From Octopus bimaculoides (Eukaryota): a stretch of 43,609 bases of DNA. The notes beneath the pieces were generated by a model that did not search any database, had not been told where the DNA came from, and saw nothing but the letters and a program-made list of their open reading frames with translations. Below, one piece after another: positions 9,608 through 19,970 of this stretch (the stretch's first letter is position 1; the number at the start of each line of letters is the position of its first letter). Position numbers and translations under genes: made by a program. The stretch spans positions 11,487,340 through 11,530,948 of the forward strand of contig NC_069003.1 of assembly GCF_001194135.2 (NCBI RefSeq). Direction: 5' to 3'.

Positions 9608-12600
9608 AATATATTAAAATCACTCCGCTCATTATTATTATATTAGGAGATTCTACCACAACTACTATTACCATGACAACTAGTACTTCAGCTACTACTG
9701 TTACTATTACTACTACTAGTATTACAACCACTACCACCATTACCACTGCCATCACTAGAACTACTACAACTACTACTATTACCACCACCACCACTACCAC
9801 ATGTACTAACCCAGCAGCAGCAGTTTTGTGTATGAGACCCTTGTCAGCAAGGACCAGTGTGTCACAAGTCCTCTCTGTCTCTCTGTTCTAGGACAGCCAA
9901 GTGTTGCTGGTTGGTTCCAGGGACCATTCTTTGACTGTGATGAACGTGGATAAAATGGTGAAAGAACAACCCAATTCCTACAGGGAAGCAATTTTGTACT
10001 CGGACCACAAATGTCACAAGGTATGTATGTATCTTTTTGTCTGTTACTTCTTTATAGTCATTAGACTGCGGCCATGCTGGGGCACTGCCTTGAAGAATTT
10101 TTAGTTGAATGAATCAATCCCAGTACTTATATTTAAGCCTGGTACCTGTTTCACCGGTTTCTTTTGCCAAACTGCTAAGTTACAGGCACGCAAACACACC
10201 AATACCGGTTGTCAAGCGATGGTTGGGGGGGACAAACACTTTTGTGGATGGTGCATTATGTAACTAACAACCGAGACATTGGACAAAATCTCATGTATCA
10301 ATCAGTTGATTACAAGGAAGCGAAAGCGAAATCGTGATGGTACCTGTACCAGTGGAGCACTAAGAGCACTGTCTAGCGTGATCGTTGCCAGAGCAGCTGT
10401 CTGGCTTCTGTGCTGGTGGCACGTAAATAGCACCATTTGAGCGTGGCCGTTGCCAGTACCGCCTGACTGGCCTTCGTGCCGGTGTGACATAAAAGCACCC
10501 ACTACACTCTTGGAGCGGTTGGCGTTAGGAAGGGCATCCAGCTGTAGAAACTATGCCATATCAGATTGGAGGCTGGTGTAGCCATCTGGTTCGCCAGTCC
10601 TCAGTCACATCGTCCAACCCATGCTAGCATGGAAAGTGGACGTTAAACGATGATGATGAGGATGATGAAGGAAGCTGTATTATAATCATCATTATTCAAT
10701 GTCCACTTTCTCCATGCTTGCATAGGTCAGGTGGACATTTGACAGCCAGATGCCCTTCCTGTTGCCAGCCCTCACCTGTTTCCAAGCAAGGTGTTATTTC
10801 TTCGTGGTCAGACATGCTTTCATGGAAATGACTGGAAATGAAGGCTATTACTTGTATGACAGTGGCACTTGTTTGACAACTATCACTCAATATCAAGGCA
10901 AAGAGACAGTAACAGGCACCCACACACATATATACATACATACACTTACACACAAACAAGTTTCTTTCAGTTTTTTCATCTACCAAATCGACTCTCAAGA
11001 CTCTGGTCAGACTTGAGCTATAGCAAAAGACACATGCTCAAAGTGTCATGCAGTGGGATTGAACCCAGAACTATGTGATTAGGAAACAAACTTCTTACCA
11101 CATAGCTGTGCCTGTACCTACAAAAAATGCCAGCTAAGCTATTGAGAACTTCACTCATGTGTTGGGAGTTCAACTCTGATTTTATGTTCAGCCTTACTCT
11201 TTGGTAAACTTCAAATTTTTCCTTTCATGACATTGTTGAATCTCTTGCTCACCTTCGAGACTGAGATAATCTCTTTGAGCCAATAACAGTCTTATATGTG
11301 TGTGTGTGTGTGTGTGTATTTATATAGATACTCTCTTTACTTGTTTCAGTCATTTGACTGTGGTCATGCTGGAGCACCCCCTTTAGTCGAGACAAACACA
11401 GACATGCAAACATATACACACACATACATATATACGACGGGCTTCTTTCAGTTTCCATCTACCAAATCCACTCACAAGGCTTTGGTCAGCCCGAGGCTAT
11501 AGTAGAAGACACTTGCCCAAGGTGCCATGCAGTGGGACTGAACCTGGAACCATGTGGTTGGTAGGCAAGCTACTTACCACACAGCCACTCCTACAGATAT
11601 ATATTTTTCTTAATTGTTTGTCTTTTACTTGTTTCCATCATTTCACTGCGGCTATGCAGGGGTACTGCCTTGAAGGGTTTTAGTTGAATAAATTGACCCC
11701 AGGACTTACATTTGTTAAGTCTGGTACTTATTCTATCAGTGTCTTTTGCTGAACTGCTAAGTTATGAGGACATAAACACACCAACACTAGTTGTCAAGTG
11801 GTGGCGGGACACACAGACACACACACACATTTAAATAAAGTAGGATCCTGGTGGCATGTAAGAAGCACCATTTGAGCATGATTGATGCCAGTGCTGCATG
11901 ACTGGCCCCTGTGCCGGTGGCACGTCAAAAGCATCCACTACACTCTCGGAGTGGTTGGTGTTAGGAAGGGCATCCAGCCAGATCAGAATTGAGTCTGGGT
12001 TGCCAGTTTTCTATCAAACTGTCCAACCCATGCCAGCATGGAAAGAAGATGTTAAACAATGATGATGATAATGGTACCAGAATACCACCTGCTAGAAGGA
12101 GGAGCTAACACTCCAAAACCACAAATTTCTCACTATTAATAAATACACATGGTGAATGCAACGTATATAATAAAATAGGCTTACCTTGTGATATTTTCAA
12201 AGATAGATGAATACAGTGAGCTTGGCTGATGATCCTTGAGTACAAAGGTACAAAAGGTGAAATCAATTGAGACCAAGATATTTGTTTCTTGCTTTGCAGT
12301 TTATTATTTTCATTGCATTCACCATGCACAGTTATTTATGAATACTGNNNNNNNNNNNNNNNNNNNNNNNNNNNNNNNNNNNNNNNNNNNNNNNNNNNNN
12401 NNNNNNNNNNNNNNNNNNNNNNNNNNNNNNNNNNNNNNNNNNNNNNNATTGTTCCCTTGTAAAGACATTTGCATCATTTGAGTGCTACTAATTGTTTTTT
12501 TTTTTATGCCAAGAATCTCTAGATCTCATCTGTTGACTATATATGTGTATATATATCTTTCATCCTTTCATTTCAGGGCTGGGTATGGTGTTTGAATTCT

Positions 12601-15600
12601 TACGGTGATCAGTTCTGCTCAGGATGCTGGGATTCAAATATCCGGCTGTGGGATTCAAACCCTAACATTGCTCTCGTTTCTACATTCAGGTAGGGGCTCA
12701 GAAGCCACGCGCCCTCATTCAGAAGGAATGGCCCTTTTTCTTGATTCTTAAAACTTTATTTTAATTTGTATTTTAACCCTGAGCTGAGGGAGCAAGTTAC
12801 TTGCAGCTTTGTGAACCTCTCCTGGATGTTTTTACCTTCTGTCATTTGTTTTACTCAGTTACTGCAGCCCTGCTTGGGCACTGCCTTGAAGGGTTCAGGG
12901 AAACAAATGAACCCCAGTATTTTTTTTTTTTTTGAAGTCAGGTACTTATTTTGCAATGTTACAGAGCATAAACAAACCAAAACCAGTTAAGTGGTTGTAT
13001 GGGAGGGGAACAAACAGAAAGACCCATTCACTAGCAGATATGCATGACAGGCTTCTTTCAGTTTCTGTCTACAAAATCTACTCACAAGACTTTGGTCATC
13101 CCAAGGCTATAGAAGGCACTTGTCCAAGGTGCCATGCAGTGGGACTGAACCGGAAATCATGTGGTTGGGAAGTAAGCTGCTTGCCACACCTGCACCCTGT
13201 GAGTTTTTAGCAGAAATTTTTCTTGGTTAGCAAAGTGAAGAGGAAGTTCCAGAAAGTTTCTGTTCTGTGAAGAAGAGTTTGGACTATTAAATGCTGTGGG
13301 AGTTATTTAGCAGGGCGATGACACTCTAGGGATGAAGAGAGGCAAGTGAGTCTAGTAATAGACTTGATAGGAACTGTTGAAGTAATAGAGAAGGTAGTAT
13401 AAATATAAAACTTTGTCCTAACAGTCTTACAGCTGACATGCAGTGGCACTGAAGACCAGAACCATGTGGTTGGGAAGCAAGCTTCTTATTTCTTTATTGC
13501 CCACAAGGGGCTAAACATAGAGGGGACAAACAAGGACAGACAGTGCGTAACTGGTACTTAATTTTTCGACCCCGAAAGGATGAAAGGCAAAGTCGACCTC
13601 GACGGAATTTGAACTCAGAACGTAACGGCAGACGAAATACCACTAAGAATATCGCCTGGCGTGCTAACGTTTCTGCCAGCTCACCGCCTTCTTACCACAC
13701 AGCCATACCTGTGATTATTTATTCACATTGTTTTGAATTAATCAAACATTTTCTTGCAGCTTTGAGATTTTGATGAGGCAACTGTTAATTTTTAGAATGA
13801 TATTGTAGGGTTAGTGTAAAAGGCCAGGTGTGACTATTTTGAACATAAAACAGGTAGAATATTTTGGCCGGATATGGTCAGTTTAAATGTTAAACTTGTT
13901 TTTACAAGTGAAGTACTTTATTCTGCTACTTTTGTGATTAATCATTCATCACCATGGCCCAAGCAGTGTCAATACAATGGCACACTGAGACAAATACACA
14001 CACATATCCATGTGTGTATGAAGGCATGTGGTCTAGCTGTTATGGTGTTGCACGCACGACCATAAGATCATCATTTCAGTTCCTGAAACGGTTAGTATTT
14101 CTATTAACTGGAATTTTTTTAATGAAACTTTGATTTCTAGCATAAAACAGCTTTAGAAACACGCTGGAATGATCAAAATAACATTTTAAATCGAAATAAG
14201 CGAGATATTGGGTGAAAATTTAGCAAACCTCATTTGAATATCAGAGAAATATACCTAGTAGATATAGCAAAAAGGTTAGATATGTGTAAATATTGACAGA
14301 TAATTATGAAATTTGTAATTCTTAAGTGATCTCATGAGATCACTGGTAGGTAATGGGTTAAGCAAAACACATCATTTCTTTATTTCACATAGCTCCAGTC
14401 AATTCAGACTGTAAATGAGTTACCTGCAGTGGACTGGAATCCTGTTTAGAGTAATGTCATGATCTTGATCGTCCATATATCATAGACCTACTTGCCTAGC
14501 TAGCTGGGTGGTTATCATTTGAAAACAACGGCAATACAAGGAAGTACATTGTGACTAGCAGTGTATAGAAATGTCTAATAGTAATGTTAGAAGACGCCCA
14601 ATGTGCCAAACACTGGGATCAAACACAAAGCCTCAAAAACTGAATACGGTTAGGAGTATGGATTGGGTACATTACAATTTGGGTACTCTACCATTGTAAT
14701 TATTTCCTGGGTATTTTAGAGTCTGCTATATAGATTGGTTACTTCGTTATTACTGGGTACCTCTGCACTGACTACATTTCACTTGCAGGTGTAATTCAGC
14801 AGTCTTGGATATCTACATGGAACCAAACTTGATCATTGCTGGCACCCACTTCAGAACTATGTGCACCATTGACACAAGGGATGGACTCGTTAATGAGGTG
14901 AAGTTGCATCGGATGCCTGTCCTGTGCTTGGCAGTCACACAAAAATACATCATTACAGGTAGTGAAGACAGCCAGATTTGTGTCTATGACCGGAGAGCGG
15001 GTTCTGTCTACAAGAAGATTGCTGTGAGTTTTCGGTAACCTTTTCTCTCAACATGTTGTCCTATCTTTTGCCACCATCGTTTCTCTCCTAAATTGTTATT
15101 CTGTTGATGACTCAGTGATGCTGTTTCTTCTTCCAGCTAGACTACTACCCATTGTGCCTGACATTCAACAATAACCATTTATGGGTTGGTGACCATGTGG
15201 GACACTTACTGCTATTTGATGCTACAGATGACCAGTTTAACCTTGTGATGGTGAGTAAATGGCTACTCTTCCCTCCTCTTGTGATCACATTGTTGTATAT
15301 TTTTATTTTGCATAAGCTCCAGCAGTCTTGTTTCCATGCCGGTGGCACATAAAAAGCACCATTTGAGTGCGATCGTTTCCAGCTTCGCCTTACTGGCATT
15401 CGTGCCGGTTTGGACTGACTCCTGTGCTGGTGGCATGTAAAAAAACACCATTTGAGCGTGGCCATTGCCAGTACCGGCCCTCGTGCTGGTGGCACATAAA
15501 AGCACCCACTACACTCTCGGAGTGGTTGGCATTAGGAAGGGCATCCAGCTGTAGAAACTCTGCCAGATCAGACTGGAGTTTGGTGTAGCCATCTGGTTCA

Positions 15601-18600
15601 CCAGTCCCCAGCCAAATCGTCCAACCCATGCTAGCATGGAAAGCAGACGTTAAATGATGATGATTTGACTGTGACCAAGCTGGAGCGCTGCTTTTGATCC
15701 TTTGCCATTCAGATAACTATCAAAATNNNNNNNNNNNNNNNNNNNNNNNNNNNNNNNNNNNNNNNNNNNNNNNNNNNNNNCACGAAAGGCCTTGCAAGCC
15801 CAACCTTCCGAGTTCTTTTACAGGGCTTAGAAAAACTGAAAGATCACTGCAATGAGTGTGTGAATCTGAGAGGGGAATATGTTAAATAAAACCATAATTA
15901 ACTGATCCTCCCATATTTTCTTGTAATAGGTGTGTGAATATGGAGTAAAATCATTAACTGATCCTCCTGTATTTTCTTTCACCCAAAGCCAGGAACTTTT
16001 CAGTACCCCTTTGTAATGCTTATTTATTCACATTGTTTTGAATTAATCATAGATTATCCTGTAGCTTCAAGATTTTGATGATGTGATTGCTTATTTTTAG
16101 AATGACATTGTAGGATAAGTGTGAGAAGCTAGATCTTGCCAGTTTGAACATAAAACAGAATATTTGGTTGGCTATTGATGGTTTAAATGCTAAAGGGTTA
16201 AAGTCTGACATTGACATTGTGACCAGGAAGGCTATTTAGCATGTATCCTCACAAATCAAGATGGCGGAAAAGAGGAGTTTGCTGTGATTAGGCTGGGGCA
16301 CAGCCTTCACCCTTTAATATTTAAACTGGTCATATATTCCCCAAATATTCTACTTGTTATATGTCCAAAGGCACATGGCTCAATGGTTAGAGCATTAGGC
16401 TCACAATGATGCAATAGTGAGTTCAATTCCCAGACTGGGCTCTGTGTCATGTTCTTGAGCAAGACACTTTATTTCATGTTGCCCCAGTTCACTGGTGCCA
16501 AACTGTATTGGTCTTTCCCTTGGATTACGTCAGTGTCATTGAGAGGGGAGACTGGAATGCATGGGCGACTGTTGGTCTTGAACAACCTTGCCCGGACTTG
16601 TGCCTTGGAGGCTACTCCAAGGCACAAGTCCGGGCAAGGTTTCTAGGTGCAGTCTCATGGTCAAAGGGGATCTTTACCCTTTTATATGTTCAAATCAACC
16701 AGATCCAGCTTATCACACCTACCCTACAATGCCATTCAAAAATAAACAATTGCATTGTTGAAATCACAACACTACGAGATAATGCACATTTAATTCTAAA
16801 CAAGGTGAATAAATAAACATTACATTAGACAGAGTAATCTGAAAGCTGAAGGAGTTAACTCTAAAATAACGATATTTTCAAATTCATGTTTCCATTTTTT
16901 TGTTCAGACACATGATTTAGGTTCAAGTTCAAACCGGTGCAAGTTGACCACAATAAGGCATTCCATGGGAGCTTTGTTCACATCATCCAATGAGAGAAAG
17001 GAAGGAAAAGTTACAATCATGGAACCAACAGCAAATCTACAACGGATCTCTAGTATTTCACCCAATTTTGGAGAAATAGCTGGGGTAAGTCCAATTCTTG
17101 TCTTTGCAGAGAGAAGTTAAAGTTGAACATCAGCTTCCATATGACTATAAAGATCATGACCTATTCTCTACCCCATTTACCTTAAACACGCACACACACA
17201 CACATACATACAGAGCTAATATGTATGCTTGTATATGTTGGACCTCTTAAAACCAGAAACCTTGAAATTTGCTCATTGTCAGACCAAAGAAATTGATACC
17301 CTTGTGAGAACTCTCAATGGAAACATGATCATACCATCTGATTCCACATACATTTCTATATACACCTGTGTGTAAAGATATGAGGGGTATTGAAAAGTTC
17401 CTGGCTTTAAGTGTTTCACGAAAGGCATGGTTGAGGACCCAACTTTCCGAGTTTGTTTTACAGTGCTTAGAAAAACTGAAGGACCACTGCAATAAGTGTG
17501 TGAATCTGAGAGGGGAATATGTTGAATAAAATCATAATTAACTGATCCACCCATATTTTCTTTTACCCAAAGCCAGGAACTTTACAGCACCCCCTTGTAT
17601 GTATGTATATATATAGATATGGGAGGTGCTGAAAAGTTCCTGTCTTTAAGGGTATCGCAAAAGGCCTGGTTGGAGGCCCAACATTCCAAATTCTTTTGCA
17701 GGGCATAGAAAAACTGAAGGACTACTACAATAAGTAGTACATTGATTCTCCTATATTTTCTTTTACCCAAAGCCAGGAACTTTTCAGCACTCCCTTGTAT
17801 ATTTATATACCAAAGTTAGCAAATTCTGCCACAAGAAGTGATATAAGCCCTGAAGTTTAAAACTCAAAAATCCAAAGCTGTGGCACTGGATTTAAGGGCT
17901 CCAACTTGTTGTAGGAAGGGTTCTGCAACAGACATACAGAACATGGCACAGCTGTGTGGTTAAGAAGCTCACTTTGCCATCATGAGGTTCAATCCCACAG
18001 CACAACACCTTGGGTTAGTCTCTTCTACTTCACTGCTCGGAGCCAAGCAATGCCTTGTGAGTAGATCTGGTCGATGGAAACTGTGATGGAAGCCTGTCTT
18101 TTTTTGTAAGTGTGCATACATTTAGTTTCAGTTATAGGAGCACTGCCTTGAAGGGGTTAGTCGAGCAGATTGACACCAGTACTTGTTTCTTAAGGCCCAC
18201 TATTTATTCTATCTGTCTCCTTTCTGGCAAACTTCTAAGTTACAGGAGATGTAAACAAACCAACACCAGCTGTGAAGTGATGGAAGGAGACAAACACAAA
18301 CAAATAGACACACATATATACATAGATATACGCACACTCATGAAGGGCTTCTTTCAGTTTCCATCTACCAAATCACCTCAAAAGGCTTTGGTTGGTCCAG
18401 GACTATACGTAGGAAACATTTGCCCGATGTGTTATGTAGTGAGATTGAACCAGAACCTTGTGGCCAGGGAGCAAACTCCTTACCACACAGTCATGCTTAC
18501 AGTTGTATATGTGTGTGGTGTTTTTGTCCCTCCACCACTAGACAACCGGTGTCAGTTTATTTACATCCTTGTAACTTATCCGTTCAGCAAAATAGACAGA

Positions 18601-18856
18601 ATGAGTACTGGGGATTGATTAGTTTGACTAAAATCCCTTGAAAGCAGTGTGCCAGCTTGGCCCCAACCCAATGACTAAAACAAGTAAAAGCTAGAAAAGA
18701 AAAAAATGACTTCCTTAATTCTATCTAACCATTCTCTTCCATCTTGATTCTACCAAATCTTTTTTTCTTTTGCAGTTGGATCATAGCAATAATACCCTTG
18801 CTTATGCTGGCAGTAATTGTTGCGTTGAGATTTGGAGACCAAAACATCAACTTTAG
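6954..18856 (+). CDS. FBXW9: F-box/WD repeat protein 9-like, whole gene span; join(6954..7275,8001..8146,9892..10020,12577..12689,14789..15023,15137..15250,16908..17084,18776..18856), 1317 nt, 438 aa
   Basis: All introns GT-AG with compatible phases (1,0,0,2,0,0,0). F-box (LENLPYELLLLVFNYV...VSKVCQKF) is followed by WD40 repeats (HKGWVWCL, CSGCWDSNIRLWD, IITGSEDSQICVYDRRAG, VEIWRP) colinear with vertebrate FBXW9 as recalled. Confidence 0.88.
7655..7923 (-). mobile_element. Family C fragment (tandem units, tail missing)
   Basis: Reverse complement of units at 5940-6090. Confidence 0.8.
8001..8146 (+). CDS. FBXW9: FBXW9 coding exon 2
   Basis: ttcctatcag acceptor; (E)LSGDFDWKEAC...SDSVHFLQ; donor CAG|GTGAT. 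Confidence 0.9.
8160..8393 (-). mobile_element. SINE family B, full length, 14 nt from the FBXW9 exon 2 donor
   Basis: Reverse complement of family B head and core; alternative tail TTTGTCTGTCCTTGTTTGTCCCC. Confidence 0.9.
9144..9542 (-). mobile_element. SINE family A, young full-length copy
   Basis: Highly similar to 32645-33098 and 38335-38738; followed by (TA)n at 9545-9604. Confidence 0.92.
9655..9805. repeat. Degenerate (ACT/ACC)n trinucleotide tract (similar tract at 8735-8825)
   Basis: Direct reading; source of the spurious poly-Thr and poly-Val ORFs. Confidence 0.9.
9892..10020 (+). CDS. FBXW9: FBXW9 coding exon 3
   Basis: ctctgttctag acceptor; DSQVLLVGSRDHSL...DHKCHK; donor AAG|GTATGT. 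Confidence 0.9.
10318..10665 (+). mobile_element. Family C copy
   Basis: Units plus tail plus (GAT)n. Confidence 0.88.
10690..11120 (-). mobile_element. SINE family A2 (family A head, different body, family-C-like tail); other copies 39625-39990 +, 33115-33225 - partial
   Basis: Head matches A; body TTGCTTGGAAACAGG.GAGG; tail GGAAGGGCATC...GCATGGA...(TGA)n. Confidence 0.7.
11331..11820 (-). mobile_element. Two family A SINE copies (11331-11595 internally deleted; 11622-11820 tail part)
   Basis: Reverse-complement match to family A. Confidence 0.8.
11846..12072 (+). mobile_element. Family C copy
   Basis: One unit plus tail. Confidence 0.8.
12577..12689 (+). CDS. FBXW9: FBXW9 coding exon 4
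   Basis: tttcatttcag acceptor; GWVWCLNSYGDQFCSGCWDSNIRLWD...; donor CAG|GTAGG. Not in the ORF track because it is too short. Confidence 0.9.
12840..13195 (-). mobile_element. SINE family A, degenerate
   Basis: Tail-to-head match. Confidence 0.75.
13483..13692 (-). mobile_element. SINE family B nested in a family A head fragment (13430-13712)
   Basis: The A head sequence AAGCTTCTT|ACCACACAGCC is split by the B copy, with TTCTT repeated on both sides. Confidence 0.8.
14789..15023 (+). CDS. FBXW9: FBXW9 coding exon 5
   Basis: cacttgcag acceptor; CNSAVLDIY...IITGSEDSQICVYDRRAGSVYKKIA; donor GTGAGT. Confidence 0.9.
15137..15250 (+). CDS. FBXW9: FBXW9 coding exon 6
   Basis: ttcttccag acceptor after a 113-nt intron; LDYYPLCL...LWVGDHVG...FNLVM; donor GTGAGT. 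Confidence 0.9.
15330..15665 (+). mobile_element. Family C copy with 3 units
   Basis: Units plus tail. Confidence 0.88.
15781..16015. mobile_element. Mariner-derived MITE, left end in N-gap, with internal duplication
   Basis: Right TIR AAAGCCAGGAACTTTTCAGTACCCC..TA. Confidence 0.8.
16372..16690 (+). mobile_element. SINE family E (tRNA-like head, GTTCTTGAGCAAGACAC core); other copies 27840-27970 -, 30330-30500 -, 25300-25380 -
   Basis: GGCTCAATGGTTAGAGC A-box-like and GAGTTCAATTCC B-box-like motifs. Confidence 0.65.
16908..17084 (+). CDS. FBXW9: FBXW9 coding exon 7
   Basis: ttttttgttcag acceptor; THDLGSSSNRCKLTTIRHSMGALFTSS...GEIAG; donor GTAAGT. Confidence 0.85.
17379..17599 (+). mobile_element. 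Mariner-derived MITE (TA ends, ~28-bp TIR, transposase C-terminal remnant)
   Basis: TIR TA.GAGGGG..TGAAAAGTTCCTGGCTTT at both ends; encodes LEKLKDHCNKCVNLRGEYVE*, the typical mariner C-terminus. Confidence 0.88.
17618..17799 (+). mobile_element. Second mariner MITE in tandem, internally deleted
   Basis: Same TIRs, 18 nt from the first copy. Confidence 0.85.
18134..18700. mobile_element. Inverted pair of family A SINEs (18134-18500 -, 18505-18700 + tail half)
   Basis: Reverse-complementary body/tail segments. Confidence 0.75.
18776..18856 (+). CDS. FBXW9: FBXW9 coding exon 8 (terminal)
   Basis: ttttcttttgcag acceptor; LDHSNNTLAYAGSNCCVEIWRPKHQL, then TAG. Confidence 0.87.
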   Translation: MDHSNNTLAYAGSNCCVEIWRPKHQL

Positions 18857-18899
18857 CTTTTTTTTTTTATCATTATTATTATTTTTGTCTGTTTATGTA

Positions 18900-18905
18900 A
18901 ATAAA
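18900..18905 (+). terminator. Candidate polyadenylation signal of FBXW9 (another AATAAA at 19512-19517)
   Basis: AATAAA 44 nt after the stop codon; actual usage not determinable from sequence. Confidence 0.4.
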
Positions 18906-19559
18906 TTTTAACATATTTTGTTTTGTTTTCCATGCTGTTTAACATTATTGCATTTATTTGGAACTGGATTACTTGTACACAAGCAAGAAGCAGTAGGTGA
19001 AGTCGTGGTTGGATTTCTATGTAGGAAGAGTCAACCAAGGCCTTTTGGGTGGACAGGATGCTTTTTGCATGGCACAAACAGTGGCAGGGTCAGCAAGTAA
19101 CTTGCAAAACAAAGATCCCTTGAGAGGGGGCATTGGATGAGATGATCTCGTGTCAGATGATGAAAGGTTTGAGTGTGATACAGAGGCAGGAACAGGTGTC
19201 TTGCTGTAGAGGAGGTACATGGTTACCCAGCTGCAAGTTCTACTCAGAGCGTACCTTCAACGAAAGGTCCACTCAATAAGAGCATGCTTTTGACTACACT
19301 ACACTAAAGCTCCTCTCACTCCACTCAGTACACACTTTCAACTCATTACTGCACACCAAAGCTTCACATGCTAGAGGATACCTTCAACTCTTACACCAAA
19401 AAAAAACTAAGAAATACCTTGTTCCTTCCTATGAATGTTTTATTCATCAACTTTTATATTTAAAAGAAAGAAATATAATTCTCTTGTGATAATGTAGTTT
19501 TATTAATACCCAATAAATAGAGCTAAATGTCTATATTTATAAAATATACACTATTAATA

Positions 19560-19970
19560 GTTTGTGTGTGTGTGTATATATATATATACATATATACATA
19601 CATACACACGCATTTGCACACAGCACAGTTTGTGTATGTATGTATGTCTATATATCTACACAGACATACACAAACTATAATTTAGTTTGTATGGATATAT
19701 ACATCATACACTTACAGTACAGTTTGTGTGAGTATATATGCACATACATAAATATAGTTTTTATGTATATATGTACATACACTTACATTATAGTTTATAT
19801 AAGTACATATATAAATGCACAATCATACAGTACAATTTGTGCATGAGTGTGTGTGTGTATACATATGCACATACAGTGTGGTTTGTGTGTGTACTAGTAT
19901 ATAAATATAGACACACTCAATGACATGTTCTTATTCTGTTATATATACATACATACACACACACACGTGC
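19560..19970. repeat. Compound (TA)/(CA)/(TG) low-complexity tract
   Basis: Direct reading. Confidence 0.9.

Noticed and set aside
9301-9891. 196-aa ORF and the antisense poly-Val ORF
   Set aside because: Made of a SINE, (TA)n and (ACT/ACC)n repeats; lies in FBXW9 intron 2.
12220-12275. Box C/D snoRNA (TGATGA plus TTGG/CCAA stem)
   Set aside because: Only about 50 nt and the box D is TTGA rather than CTGA.
15330-15665. Regularly spaced ~60-nt repeats resembling a CRISPR array
   Set aside because: Whole units are homologous with no unique spacers, they end in a retroposon tail, there are no cas genes, and the context is a eukaryotic intron.
16372-16450. tRNA genes at SINE heads
   Set aside because: A/B-box-like motifs continue into SINE bodies and no complete cloverleaf is evident.
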